From a virus (taxonomy: Duplodnaviria; Caudoviricetes): DNA of 57,532 nucleotides. The DNA is taken from positions 1 to 57,532 of the IMG/VR virus record IMGVR_UViG_3300017744_000007, one strand, 5' to 3'. Below, one piece after another: positions 9,780 to 18,501 of the stretch. The first letter of the stretch is position 1, and each line of letters opens with the position of its first letter. A program made the position numbers and the translations under genes. Below the pieces are notes generated by a model. The model saw nothing but the letters and a program-made list of their open reading frames with translations. It had not been told where the DNA came from and did no database searches.

Positions 9780-10084
9780 TGGCTGAAAAAAGAAAAAAGT
9801 CTAAAACAATTAGAAAAACCACAAAAGGCAAGGGAGCTAATTATAGGTCTACTAAGTCTGGAGCTGGTATGACTCGTAAAGGAGTTAAGGCATATAGAAA
9901 AGCAAACCCTGGTAGTAAATTAAAGACTGCCGTAACGGGAAAGGTTAAAGCTGGGAGTAAGGCTGCTAAAAGAAGAAAGTCTTATTGCGCTAGAAGTTTA
10001 GGTCAACTAAAAAAGAGTAGTGCTAAAACTAGGAATAATCCTAACTCAAGAATTAGAGCCGCTCGTAGGCGATGGAAATGTTAA
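9779..10084 (+). CDS. highly basic small phage protein
   Basis: 101 aa, K/R-rich; GAGMT.KGV..YR..NPGSKLKTAVTG...RRKSYCARS...RRRWKC pattern familiar from aquatic phages. Confidence 0.7.
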   Translation: MAEKRKKSKTIRKTTKGKGANYRSTKSGAGMTRKGVKAYRKANPGSKLKTAVTGKVKAGSKAAKRRKSYCARSLGQLKKSSAKTRNNPNSRIRAARRRWKC

Positions 10085-10090
10085 TTATTA

Positions 10091-10213
10091 ATGAAAAAAT
10101 GTAAATGTATGTACGGAAGTAAAAGTTACAGTAAAAGTAAAATGAAGGCTACAACTCCTAAAAAGAAAAAAGCTACAACTAAAAAAAAGAAAGTTGTTAA
10201 AAAGAAAAAGTAA
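10091..10213 (+). CDS. 40-aa Lys-rich peptide (not in ORF track)
   Basis: Hand translation MKKCKCMYGSKSYSKSKMKATTPKKKKATTKKKKVVKKKK*; fills the gap after 10084. Confidence 0.6.
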   Translation: MKKCKCMYGSKSYSKSKMKATTPKKKKATTKKKKVVKKKK

Positions 10214-10238
10214 ATATTATTACGACTATACTAGAAAT

Positions 10239-10445
10239 ATGAGTAACGACAAACAATACAGCAACTGTAATTGCACTAGAAACTTGGTTGCCTGTACTTG
10301 CATTATGTCTGAAGCTATCCGAAAAGAATTGGAGAAAAAAGAAGAAGAAGCTTTTTTTAATGCCTGGACAGAAAGTTTAGAAAAAATGGAACAGCCTAAG
10401 GCTTGTAATATAGATAATCCTGACTGCGAAAACTGCGGTAGTTAA
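10239..10445 (+). CDS. small Cys-rich protein ending ACNIDNPDCENCGS
   Basis: ATG at 10239 preferred over TTG at 10194, which overlaps the upstream peptide. The C-terminus resembles the NrdA Cys tail. Confidence 0.65.
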   Translation: MSNDKQYSNCNCTRNLVACTCIMSEAIRKELEKKEEEAFFNAWTESLEKMEQPKACNIDNPDCENCGS

Positions 10446-10455
10446 ATAAATAAAT

Positions 10456-10566
10456 ATGAATCCTACAAACAACAATTCTTTATACAAGAACAGTTTAAAG
10501 AAAAAGAAAAAAACAACTGCTCCAAAGAAAAAAAAGAAGGTAGTTAGAAAGAAAAAAAAGTGTTAA
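10456..10566 (+). CDS. 36-aa Lys-rich peptide (not in ORF track)
   Basis: Hand translation MNPTNNNSLYKNSLKKKKKTTAPKKKKKVVRKKKKC*; ends 1 nt before the next ATG. Confidence 0.6.
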   Translation: MNPTNNNSLYKNSLKKKKKTTAPKKKKKVVRKKKKC

Positions 10567-10567
10567 T

Positions 10568-10978
10568 ATGCTAAATAATATATTAGGAGGGATACTTGGT
10601 AAAGTAGTAGACAACGCTGAGGGTATTCTTGATAAAGTAATTACTACTGACAAAGAAAGAGAAGAGGCTAAACTACAGTTACGCAAAGTCTTGTTAGACG
10701 CAGAGAAAGAAGCTTTTAATAAAGAAGTGGAAGACAGGAAGGACGCAAGAGACTTGTATAAAGACGATGCTATAATTCAAAAGATACTTGCTACTTTATT
10801 TACAGTAGCTTATTTTGGTATTAGCTTTGTTATGTTTCAACACTTTGTTAATGGAGTTATTGACTTAGGAGAGTTTGAGATTAGTTTTATATCTACTATA
10901 TTTGGAGCTATGTCTGCAAAAGTTAATACTATTATAGACTTTTTCTTTGGAGGAAGCTCTAGTAAAGAAAAAAAATAA
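10568..10978 (+). CDS. putative holin (GTA/3TM holin-like)
   Basis: Amphipathic N-terminus, DKVITTDKEREEAK motif, two TM helices, FFFGGSS end; near the putative lysin. Confidence 0.6.
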   Translation: MLNNILGGILGKVVDNAEGILDKVITTDKEREEAKLQLRKVLLDAEKEAFNKEVEDRKDARDLYKDDAIIQKILATLFTVAYFGISFVMFQHFVNGVIDLGEFEISFISTIFGAMSAKVNTIIDFFFGGSSSKEKK

Positions 10979-10979
10979 T

Positions 10980-11171
10980 ATGCCAGCTAAAAAGAAATCT
11001 ACAGTAAACGCAAGCGGAAACTACACAAAGCCTACAATGCGTAAAAGACTTTTTAATTCTATAAAAGCAGGAAGCAAAGGAGGTAAGCCTGGACAGTGGT
11101 CTGCACGTAAAGCTCAGATGCTTGCTAAAAAATACAAAGCTGCTGGAGGTGGATATAAAAGCAAAAAGTAA
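10980..11171 (+). CDS. basic small phage protein
   Basis: ATG at 10980 directly after the holin stop; NYTKP..RKRLF..IKAG.KGG.PGQWSARKAQ.LA..YK..GGGY motif. Confidence 0.7.
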   Translation: MPAKKKSTVNASGNYTKPTMRKRLFNSIKAGSKGGKPGQWSARKAQMLAKKYKAAGGGYKSKK

Positions 11172-11413
11172 TGGCATTAACTAAAAGACAGAAAAGTTTA
11201 AAAAAGTGGACTAAACAAAAGTGGAGGACTGCTTCTGGAAAAAAGTCTAGTAAAACTGGAGAAGTCTATGCTCCCGCAAAAACTATTGCTAAATTAAAAA
11301 GCACTGAAAAAGGTAGAAAAAAACTAGCAGCAGCTAATGCTAAAAAAAGAAAAGCAACCAAGAAAGGTAAGCAGCACGCTAAACACGGATTACATAAAGG
11401 AAAAAAAAGATAA
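11171..11413 (+). CDS. basic small phage protein (DUF5872-like)
   Basis: Q.SLKKWTKQKWRT.SGK.S..TGE.Y.P motif; coupled by TAATG overlaps on both sides. Confidence 0.65.
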   Translation: MALTKRQKSLKKWTKQKWRTASGKKSSKTGEVYAPAKTIAKLKSTEKGRKKLAAANAKKRKATKKGKQHAKHGLHKGKKR

Positions 11414-11889
11414 TGAATTTACAAGTATTAAGATTTAGTAGTGGAGAAGACTCAACCTCTGGATTATTGTTTGAAACAAACTTAGACATGAAGTCTTTTT
11501 TATGTTACACGCTAGAAGACGAAGCTAGAGATGTAAAGATAAAGGGTGAAACAAGAGTTCCTGCTGGCACGTATAAAATAAAATTAAGAACCGAAGGAGG
11601 ATTTCATGGAAGATACACTAAAAAATATTCTGGTATGCACGTTGGTATGTTGCATATCGTTGACGTTCCTGGTTTTGAGTATATTCTTATACACACTGGA
11701 AACACTGATGAACATACTGCTGGCTGTCTTATCGTTGGTGATAGTCAAGAAAACAATAACATTCTTAAAGATGGTTTTATTGGAAAAAGTGTTAATGCCT
11801 ATAAAAGAATCTATCCAAAAATAGCAAACGCTATTAAGTCTGGAGAAGAAGTTACTATAACTTATATAGATTACGACATAAAACTTTAA
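11413..11889 (+). CDS. DUF5675-like L,D-peptidase-fold protein, putative endolysin
   Basis: CYTLED...GET.VPAGTY and ILIHTGNT..HTAGCLIVG with a His/Cys pair; family is common in crAss-like phages. Confidence 0.75.
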   Translation: MNLQVLRFSSGEDSTSGLLFETNLDMKSFLCYTLEDEARDVKIKGETRVPAGTYKIKLRTEGGFHGRYTKKYSGMHVGMLHIVDVPGFEYILIHTGNTDEHTAGCLIVGDSQENNNILKDGFIGKSVNAYKRIYPKIANAIKSGEEVTITYIDYDIKL

Positions 11890-11901
11890 GTATTAATTTA
11901 A

Positions 11902-11909
11902 TATATTTG
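11902..11909 (+). promoter_or_regulatory. Bacteroidota -7 promoter box TATATTTG
   Basis: Intergenic TAnnTTTG 5 nt before the ATG at 11915. Confidence 0.7.
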
Positions 11910-11914
11910 CATAT

Positions 11915-12298
11915 ATGGCTAAATCTATAACTCTTAACTCAACAACATCATTTAAGGCAACCGATAGCGGATTGTCTAAAATACTTTTTGATTTTCAAAA
12001 GAACTTTACAAGCACTATTACTAGCGAGTCTGTACAATATGGTGAAGTAACTATTCCTACAGTATCACTTATTACTTTAAATTTAGCATCTCCAGGAGCA
12101 GGCGTTTTTCTTTATGTAGAAAACATTGAAGATGAAAATGATTCGCAAGTACAAGTTCATTATGGCTCTGTAACTTTTGCTACATTAGAACAAGGGGAGT
12201 TTCTTTTTGTTAAATTAAGAACTACAGATGACATTAAGTTAAGACTTAACACTGACTTAGGACAGGCTACTTGTAAATATTTTTTAATAGAATTTTAA
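11915..12298 (+). CDS. small beta-rich putative virion protein
   Basis: 127 aa; paralogous to the next gene (ATLEQGEFLF vs AELAYGEWLF). Confidence 0.55.
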   Translation: MAKSITLNSTTSFKATDSGLSKILFDFQKNFTSTITSESVQYGEVTIPTVSLITLNLASPGAGVFLYVENIEDENDSQVQVHYGSVTFATLEQGEFLFVKLRTTDDIKLRLNTDLGQATCKYFLIEF

Positions 12299-12300
12299 TC

Positions 12301-12681
12301 ATGCCAAAAACTTATAATTTAAAAGCAGACGCAGATATTACTTTAACAGACAGTGCAAGCAACACGCTAAACACTTTTTCTGTTACAGAAACATTTTCAG
12401 CTATTAGCTCAGATACAGTTGTTACTGGTACAATTTCTATAGCTAGAGACGTTACAGAGCAGATTAACATCACCACGATAGGAACTAGAGCTTTAATTCT
12501 TTTAAAAAACGACAACACTACTGGAGTTGCAAAAGCTAAACTTTTAAATAACACAACCGAGGTAGCAGAACTAGCTTATGGCGAATGGTTGTTTTTGCCT
12601 ATAGACGCTGCTGGAACAAACATAAACGTTAGTGCAGAAGGAGGTGCAGTAGAAATTACATACGTTATAGTTGAACAATAA
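12301..12681 (+). CDS. small beta-rich putative virion protein
   Basis: 126 aa, Thr-rich; paralog of 11915-12298. Confidence 0.55.
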   Translation: MPKTYNLKADADITLTDSASNTLNTFSVTETFSAISSDTVVTGTISIARDVTEQINITTIGTRALILLKNDNTTGVAKAKLLNNTTEVAELAYGEWLFLPIDAAGTNINVSAEGGAVEITYVIVEQ

Positions 12682-12928
12682 AATTCCCATCTGGCTAAGT
12701 GACTGGACTTTCAAAGATTCTAAAGGTTATATTATAACTGTAAGAGATGTTTTTGTTAAAGGAGAGCCTGACACTCAGTTTATTAACAATCCTATGTTAG
12801 TAAAAAAAGCATTAAAGAAGTTTGGTAAAGTAAAAAAATCGCAAACTTACAAACCAATTAATGTCGTTTTAAAGTCTCAACACGGCTATGGGCCAAGATA
12901 TGAAGACGAAAAACTTTTTATTAAATGA
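12671..12928 (+). CDS. hypothetical protein
   Basis: 85 aa with a TTG start; overlaps both neighbours (ATGA with the next gene). Confidence 0.5.
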   Translation: MNNKIPIWLSDWTFKDSKGYIITVRDVFVKGEPDTQFINNPMLVKKALKKFGKVKKSQTYKPINVVLKSQHGYGPRYEDEKLFIK

Positions 12929-14214
12929 AGAAAAAAAAACATACTGAAGACATAAGAAAATATCTCTTATCTAATCCAGAACTATTAAACGCTAAGTACT
13001 CACAAACAGCAAAGCTATTTGAAACTAATTACGAAGTAGTAAGAGGTATAGCTAGAAGACTTAGAGAAGAAATAAATCCACCAAACTCTAAAGAAACTAC
13101 TTCTTTTGAAGAAAATAAACAAGGAGCTATAGTTACTTGTGAGGATAGCAAACGAGTTAAGTCTTTAGACGACCTTTTAAAAGCTTGTAATGTAGACTTA
13201 GATGTCTGGGAGGTAGATAAGTACGATATAGGTACTTATGAGGTTACAGGCTTTGATAAAGCTAAAAGACCTATAACAGTACCAATGTTTAGGACGAAAG
13301 CTTGGTTAAAGAAAATAAACCCACTACAAAATATAAAAAAAATAAGAGAGGAGCTAATAGAAGATTTAACTCCTCTTTTTTATTCTAAGCCTAAATGGGT
13401 AATTAGACCACATAGCTATAAAGAAGACGACCCGCATCTTTTAGAAATCAATGCTTTTGACTTACACTTAGGTAAGATTGGAATAAAAGGTGACGAGTAC
13501 AGCCTTGAAATAGCTAGAGAAAGAATGATTAACGCATTAACACACTTAGTAAAAAGAGCAAGTGGTTATTGTGTAGACGAAATTCTTTTTGTTGTCGGTA
13601 ATGACTTTTTAAACTCAGATGGGGACTTTCCGTTAGCAGCAACTACAAAAGGAACGCCACAATCTAATACAGACACAGGAATGCAAATGTATAGAGCTGG
13701 ACGTAAACTAATTGTAGAGTGCGTTGAAATGCTTGTTGAGTATGCTGATGTTCATATTGTTATTATTCCAGGTAATCACGACAGAGAGTCTATGATGCAC
13801 ATAGGAGACGCTTTAGAGATGTTTTATGAAAACAACGAAAATGTCTCTGTAGACAATAGCGACAGCATGATGAAGGCGCACAAGTACGGAAGATGTCTTA
13901 TTGTTAATGACCACGGTGATGGTGCAAAACTTATAAACTTACCAGGCATAGTGTCTCAAAGATATAGAGATGTATGGAGTGAGGTAAAGTATGTGGAGGT
14001 TCATAGAGGACATCTACACACTAATAAGTCTTATAAGATGCAGGCCGTTGAAGAACTTAACGGACTTACAGTAAGAAATCTATCATCAATGTCTGCTACT
14101 GACGAATGGCATGATATGAAGGGTTATGTTGGAAACATAAAGAAAGCTTCCGCTTTTATTTGGAGCAAGTACAATGGAGTACAAGCCAAGCTAAACTACA
14201 ATGTTGAGGTTTAG
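12925..14214 (+). CDS. calcineurin-like metallophosphoesterase with N-terminal HTH-like region
   Basis: Motifs DLHLG, GND, GNHD, HGD and GHLH in canonical order. Confidence 0.85.
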   Translation: MKKKKHTEDIRKYLLSNPELLNAKYSQTAKLFETNYEVVRGIARRLREEINPPNSKETTSFEENKQGAIVTCEDSKRVKSLDDLLKACNVDLDVWEVDKYDIGTYEVTGFDKAKRPITVPMFRTKAWLKKINPLQNIKKIREELIEDLTPLFYSKPKWVIRPHSYKEDDPHLLEINAFDLHLGKIGIKGDEYSLEIARERMINALTHLVKRASGYCVDEILFVVGNDFLNSDGDFPLAATTKGTPQSNTDTGMQMYRAGRKLIVECVEMLVEYADVHIVIIPGNHDRESMMHIGDALEMFYENNENVSVDNSDSMMKAHKYGRCLIVNDHGDGAKLINLPGIVSQRYRDVWSEVKYVEVHRGHLHTNKSYKMQAVEELNGLTVRNLSSMSATDEWHDMKGYVGNIKKASAFIWSKYNGVQAKLNYNVEV

Positions 14215-14870
14215 TTTTTAGACAACAACTCTAAAACTTCTGTTAAAGATTCGTGTCTGTGGTTGTCTTCAAGCAAAATTCTATATACATATTTAGAGGA
14301 AGTTATTTTTGAAACCTCATGTATTGCAGAATAATTCCTGTCTTTTAAATCTATTTGTTGTTTGTCGCCGCAAAAAATCATCATAGAATTTTTCCCAAGT
14401 CTACTTAATGCCATTTGAAACTGCGACCTTGTAAGATTTTGAAACTCATCTACAATTACAACAGCATTGTCAAAAGTTCTACCTCTGAAGTGAGCTAAAC
14501 TTACTAGCTCTATTTCTTCATCGTTAGTCATTTTATCAAGCTTATCTGGCTTGTTATAAACCTTACGCATATTAGACATGATAGGTACTAACCAAGGTTC
14601 CATCTTTTCTTTTTCAGAGCCTGGTAAGAATCCATTATCTTCAGTAGAGACGGTAGGACGAGTTATAATTATTTTATTATACTTTCTTTTAAAGAACATA
14701 TCAAGAGCAGTCTGTACAGCTAACAAAGTTTTACCTGAGCCAGCTTTACCAATGACAAAACTAAATGGGTGTTTTAAAATTTCAGACTTAGCAATTTTTT
14801 GCTCGTCAGACAGTGTGATGGCAAACCTTATAGCTCCCTTTGGAGAAGGCTTACCTTTATTTTCTTTCAT
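14211..14870 (-). CDS. phoH: PhoH-family ATPase
   Basis: GKAGSGKT, IIITRP, GFLPG...EKM.PW, RGRTF, DEFQN, SRLG, GD..Q.D. ATG at 14870 preferred over TTG at 14900. Confidence 0.93.
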   Translation of the reverse strand: MKENKGKPSPKGAIRFAITLSDEQKIAKSEILKHPFSFVIGKAGSGKTLLAVQTALDMFFKRKYNKIIITRPTVSTEDNGFLPGSEKEKMEPWLVPIMSNMRKVYNKPDKLDKMTNDEEIELVSLAHFRGRTFDNAVVIVDEFQNLTRSQFQMALSRLGKNSMMIFCGDKQQIDLKDRNYSAIHEVSKITSSKYVYRILLEDNHRHESLTEVLELLSKN

Positions 14871-14976
14871 ATTTATATGGAGGTTTATTATATTCTGCAA
14901 TTAATAAAGAGTCAATCTTTTTTATCATCGCAACGTAATACCTTCTTAGTTTCTGTAACTTGTCTTTTCTTGTCAT
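14857..14976 (-). CDS. 39-aa hypothetical peptide (not in ORF track)
   Basis: Hand translation MTRKDKLQKLRRYYVAMIKKIDSLLIAEYNKPPYKYERK*; fills the gap and overlaps the phoH start. Confidence 0.45.
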   Translation of the reverse strand: MTRKDKLQKLRRYYVAMIKKIDSLLIAEYNKPPYKYERK

Positions 14977-15005
14977 TGTTTTGTTTCTTTAAAAAATTAT
15001 AATAC

Positions 15006-15227
15006 CTAGCTGCCGCTTTTAAAATAATCGTCTTGGAATTTTCCATGAAAAGGTTTTGATTTTACTCCAGTGTTTTCATTATACGAAGTTGTGGGATATT
15101 TAAAACCAAACATCATTTGAAATCCGTAGTCTTCCGTAATAACCTTTGGTAGGTCTACATATCTACTTTTAGGGTCTTTAGGGTCTTTATACTTAATTAT
15201 ATTTTTTATTTTACTCATGCGTGCCAT
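15006..15227 (-). CDS. hypothetical protein
   Basis: ORF in a tightly packed minus-strand operon. Confidence 0.55.
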   Translation of the reverse strand: MARMSKIKNIIKYKDPKDPKSRYVDLPKVITEDYGFQMMFGFKYPTTSYNENTGVKSKPFHGKFQDDYFKSGS

Positions 15228-15448
15228 TCTCCATCAAAATACATACCCATTACGTCAACATCTTCTTCTATATCAAAATTGAGTACTGGTGGTTTATCTT
15301 CTTTTATCCAATCATAGCAAATGTTATACATTTCTGAAACACCATAATGCAAAGTTTCATCATCTTCAAGAGTGACTTCACTACTAACATAGTATTCAAA
15401 TTCTAGTTTAACTTTTACTATTGGCATATTATTAATTATTATTCCCAA
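15215..15448 (-). CDS. acidic hypothetical protein
   Basis: Packed operon ORF; true start may be the downstream MPIV. Confidence 0.55.
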   Translation of the reverse strand: MGIIINNMPIVKVKLEFEYYVSSEVTLEDDETLHYGVSEMYNICYDWIKEDKPPVLNFDIEEDVDVMGMYFDGEWHA

Positions 15449-15645
15449 GGTCTAGGTTTTCTCATAACAGAGCCGTCTGGCCCTTTTCTAATAGAGCCAA
15501 ATCCTGCTCCCTTTTCTCTTTTTTGTGTCATATAACTATCACAACAAACAGCCTCTGGAACAACAACCTTATCGTCTATAACCTTAACAGTGTAATTAGA
15601 TACAGACTTAGATTTGTTACACTTTTTACAAATGAACTTACCCAT
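15439..15645 (-). CDS. small zinc-ribbon-like protein
   Basis: CKKC...CCDSYM. Confidence 0.55.
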   Translation of the reverse strand: MGKFICKKCNKSKSVSNYTVKVIDDKVVVPEAVCCDSYMTQKREKGAGFGSIRKGPDGSVMRKPRPWE

Positions 15646-15829
15646 TTAAATCTTCTTTTAATATATTATAAATTGCTAAGTCGTGTTCTTTAATTAACTT
15701 ATAAATCTTTTTTGCTTCACGTTTAGCTTCATCTAATTTACCTTTAGGAACGTCAATTCCAGTTGCGTTGTTAATTAAAATGTGTGCCTTTTTTAAAAGG
15801 TCACTAGTTTTACTGTTCATTTTTTTCAT
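15638..15829 (-). CDS. hypothetical protein
   Basis: Packed operon ORF, helical. Confidence 0.55.
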   Translation of the reverse strand: MKKMNSKTSDLLKKAHILINNATGIDVPKGKLDEAKREAKKIYKLIKEHDLAIYNILKEDLNG

Positions 15830-16100
15830 CTTGTATTGCTATTTTTAAAAGTACTAAATATCCTATTAAATCATCTATAGTATCTAAAGTATTTTCGTTA
15901 ATTCCTTTGTTTTTAATTCTCATCATCTTATCATCTATTCGACAACAGATAGATTCTACAGCTCCCAATTTACTAAAAATTTTAGCTGGATTTGTAGCTG
16001 AGTCCCCATATTGTTTATTTTTCTTTAACAATAAAGTCATAACATCTACCATTGTTTTTTTAATTTTATACCTTGTATCTCCTGTGTGCTTATTTTGCAT
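15810..16100 (-). CDS. DUF1599-like nucleotide-modification-associated protein
   Basis: KN..YGDS...RIDDK..RI...DT..DLIGYL.L signature. Confidence 0.75.
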   Translation of the reverse strand: MQNKHTGDTRYKIKKTMVDVMTLLLKKNKQYGDSATNPAKIFSKLGAVESICCRIDDKMMRIKNKGINENTLDTIDDLIGYLVLLKIAIQDEKNEQ

Positions 16101-16380
16101 TGTCTTCTTCTTTTATGTTTTTTTGTAGTTCTAATTTAACATCATTAATAATATCCATCATTACGTCTAACACGCTGTCTAAGTCTTCAGTAGAATCACC
16201 CATGTTTTTCATCATTTCATCTTCATACTGTCTAGCAAGCTTTATAAGTCTATTAAACTTTAGCTTTACTACTTTTGAATGACTACCTTTAAGTAGGTAT
16301 AATTGTTCATTAAAACACCTAAAAGTAGCAAATGCAAGTGTTAAGTCTATTTGATGCTCTTTTGTCATTTTATCTTCCAT
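16090..16380 (-). CDS. hypothetical protein
   Basis: Packed operon ORF. Confidence 0.55.
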   Translation of the reverse strand: MEDKMTKEHQIDLTLAFATFRCFNEQLYLLKGSHSKVVKLKFNRLIKLARQYEDEMMKNMGDSTEDLDSVLDVMMDIINDVKLELQKNIKEEDNAK

Positions 16381-16382
16381 AG

Positions 16383-16604
16383 TTATAAAAGTTTAAATAA
16401 TTTATTAATGTTTTTATCTATACTATCTATTGTATTAGAATAAACGACAATACTTTCACCAATAGTTTGTGTACCAATTTGGTGCAATTTTTCTTTAACA
16501 GCTAAATCTCTTACCTCCTTTTTTTTCTTCCAGTTTGGTGATTTTTTCTGATAGTAACCAGGGTACTTTGCTCTTATCCTGTCTAAACTTCCTTTTTTCT
16601 GCAT
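16383..16604 (-). CDS. hypothetical protein
   Basis: Start overlaps the upstream stop. Confidence 0.5.
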   Translation of the reverse strand: MQKKGSLDRIRAKYPGYYQKKSPNWKKKKEVRDLAVKEKLHQIGTQTIGESIVVYSNTIDSIDKNINKLFKLL

Positions 16605-16993
16605 TAATCTAATTTTGTTTTTAAATGTTCTATAATGTTACTCATCTTACGTCTGTAGTATAAATCAAACTCTAAGTACTGAGTGCTGCCGTCAGGGCCT
16701 ACTTCAGTTGGTTGTTCTTTTTCCCAAAGTCTATATATTACATTTCGCATTCTTTGACTTGGAGTCTTAGTTTCAAACTCAGCTTCTTGACCTGCTGTCT
16801 CTACTAAGTCTACCATTTCTTTCTGAACAGGTGAAGTAGAGATTACCACGTATCCTGGTTTTTTCAAAAGAGAAAAAAGTCTAGTCATTGTTTCTGCTGA
16901 CAACTCTGGAGTTCCAAGCACTACTTTTAACGAGGAGTCTGCCATAGTTCTTATACCATCTACACCTCCTTCAAATACAACTGTATTTTTCAT
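16604..16993 (-). CDS. conserved phage hypothetical protein
   Basis: T.ADSSLK...TPEL and KTPSQRMRNV.Y motifs, familiar from aquatic phages; function unknown. Confidence 0.65.
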   Translation of the reverse strand: MKNTVVFEGGVDGIRTMADSSLKVVLGTPELSAETMTRLFSLLKKPGYVVISTSPVQKEMVDLVETAGQEAEFETKTPSQRMRNVIYRLWEKEQPTEVGPDGSTQYLEFDLYYRRKMSNIIEHLKTKLD

Positions 16994-16995
16994 AA

Positions 16996-17214
16996 TTATT
17001 TAGTTTTTAATGTTAAGTAAATTAAGTCTTCAAACTGAAGTCCAGCTTCTATAAACTTAGAATTTTTAGATAAAAGCTCTATATGTTTAACTCTTAATTC
17101 TTTTGGATTATCTATGTATTTAGTTATTGTTGTACCAGCAACATCAATAATTTTTCCAAATTCTTTTTGTGTTATTCCTAATGCTTTAATGGTCATTTTA
17201 AAATTTAATTTCAT
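16996..17214 (-). CDS. XRE/Cro-like HTH protein
   Basis: GITQKEFGKIIDVAGTTITKYI. Confidence 0.7.
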   Translation of the reverse strand: MKLNFKMTIKALGITQKEFGKIIDVAGTTITKYIDNPKELRVKHIELLSKNSKFIEAGLQFEDLIYLTLKTK

Positions 17215-17231
17215 TTTTCTTATTTAATATA

Positions 17232-18053
17232 TTAATATAAATCTTCAGCGGTTAATGTTACTAAGTTTAATTTACCATCAAACCTTTCGTAACGTTTTGG
17301 GTAGTAATCTTCAGACAAGCACTTTTGATATATTCCAAGTAAATGGTCTATTTTTTCGTTAGCAACCTCCATAACAGAAGCGTCTAGCTCAAACATAGCT
17401 ATCTCAAAAGGAGATTGTTTTTCTACAACAGCAAACACAAACCTTGCATTCGGGCTTACAAGTTTATTAGCTATAAGTCCTCTTAGGTAATATGCAGCCT
17501 GCCTATCGTATCCAAACTTTTTAATACTAGACGTAAAGGCTTTAACTGAAGTAGTAGTTTTTAGGTCTACCACTAAATCATCAGTGTCTCTTCTTAAGTC
17601 TATTAAACTCTTACATTTAATTATATGAGTTTCATCATTGTCGTCCCTAATACTTTCTGTCCACACGTTTACAGACTCGGTAACAGCTTTATTACAAGAA
17701 AATAACTCTTTCATTGTTTCGTTGTTATTGACAGCCTCTTCCATCCCTAGAATTTTAGAGTATTGTTCTGTTGTAAGTATTATTTTATTTCCAGCATTGA
17801 GCAAATGTACAGCAAAAGCCTCTTTACCAGCTTTAGTCCTTTTGTCAATTTTTGGAATAATATAATATAAGTCATCAAACTTTTCTGGTTCTAAGACTTT
17901 ACAGTGAAAAGCAGAGCCAAACACCATTGCTTCTGTAGAAGTGGATTGTGATTCTATTTGAGACTTAAAGTAAGCAGGACTTTCATTTAACCATCCCAAC
18001 ATTGAGTTTGTGATATGTTCTTTATCTTCGTAATAATTATCTTGATTTATCAT
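17232..18053 (-). CDS. exonuclease VIII / RecE-like PD-(D/E)xK nuclease (DUF3799-like)
   Basis: FGSAFH..VLEP, K..ID, VDLKTT, GY..QAAYY, F.FAVVEK..PF. Confidence 0.85.
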   Translation of the reverse strand: MINQDNYYEDKEHITNSMLGWLNESPAYFKSQIESQSTSTEAMVFGSAFHCKVLEPEKFDDLYYIIPKIDKRTKAGKEAFAVHLLNAGNKIILTTEQYSKILGMEEAVNNNETMKELFSCNKAVTESVNVWTESIRDDNDETHIIKCKSLIDLRRDTDDLVVDLKTTTSVKAFTSSIKKFGYDRQAAYYLRGLIANKLVSPNARFVFAVVEKQSPFEIAMFELDASVMEVANEKIDHLLGIYQKCLSEDYYPKRYERFDGKLNLVTLTAEDLY

Positions 18054-18056
18054 AGT

Positions 18057-18257
18057 TTAAAATATATTATCTTCTTTTGTTTCTTGATTTTGTTTGAAGT
18101 ACTCTCTTATTCTACTTTCAGAAAGATTAAATCTATCAGCTATTTCTTTTACACTGTAACCTTCTTTAAAGTGTAAAATAGAGGCTAATTCAGCTTTTTT
18201 TCTTATATCTAAATCCTGAATAGGAGTCCATTCGTTTTTATAACTATTTCTGTTCAT
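18057..18257 (-). CDS. HTH protein (sigma region 4-like)
   Basis: EGYSVKEIADRFNLSESRIREY. Confidence 0.7.
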   Translation of the reverse strand: MNRNSYKNEWTPIQDLDIRKKAELASILHFKEGYSVKEIADRFNLSESRIREYFKQNQETKEDNIF

Positions 18258-18501
18258 CTTCTTCTGGCTTTAAGTCTTGTTTTCTAAACTCTTTTTTATA
18301 CAATTCATAGTTAGGTAAATACTTTGCAGTTTCATGTATGTCATTATACAACTTAGTTACATTTCCAATAAGGTCATCGTAATGCTCAGGAGTAACACAA
18401 ACATCTTTCATTTGCTCTAAGACGTGTTCTACAACCATTATAGTGTATTCTTGATTTGCTAAAGCATCTAAAAAAGCTTTTTCTTTTTTCTTATTAAACA
18501 T
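18244..18501 (-). CDS. hypothetical protein
   Basis: Packed operon ORF. Confidence 0.55.
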   Translation of the reverse strand: MFNKKKEKAFLDALANQEYTIMVVEHVLEQMKDVCVTPEHYDDLIGNVTKLYNDIHETAKYLPNYELYKKEFRKQDLKPEEDEQK

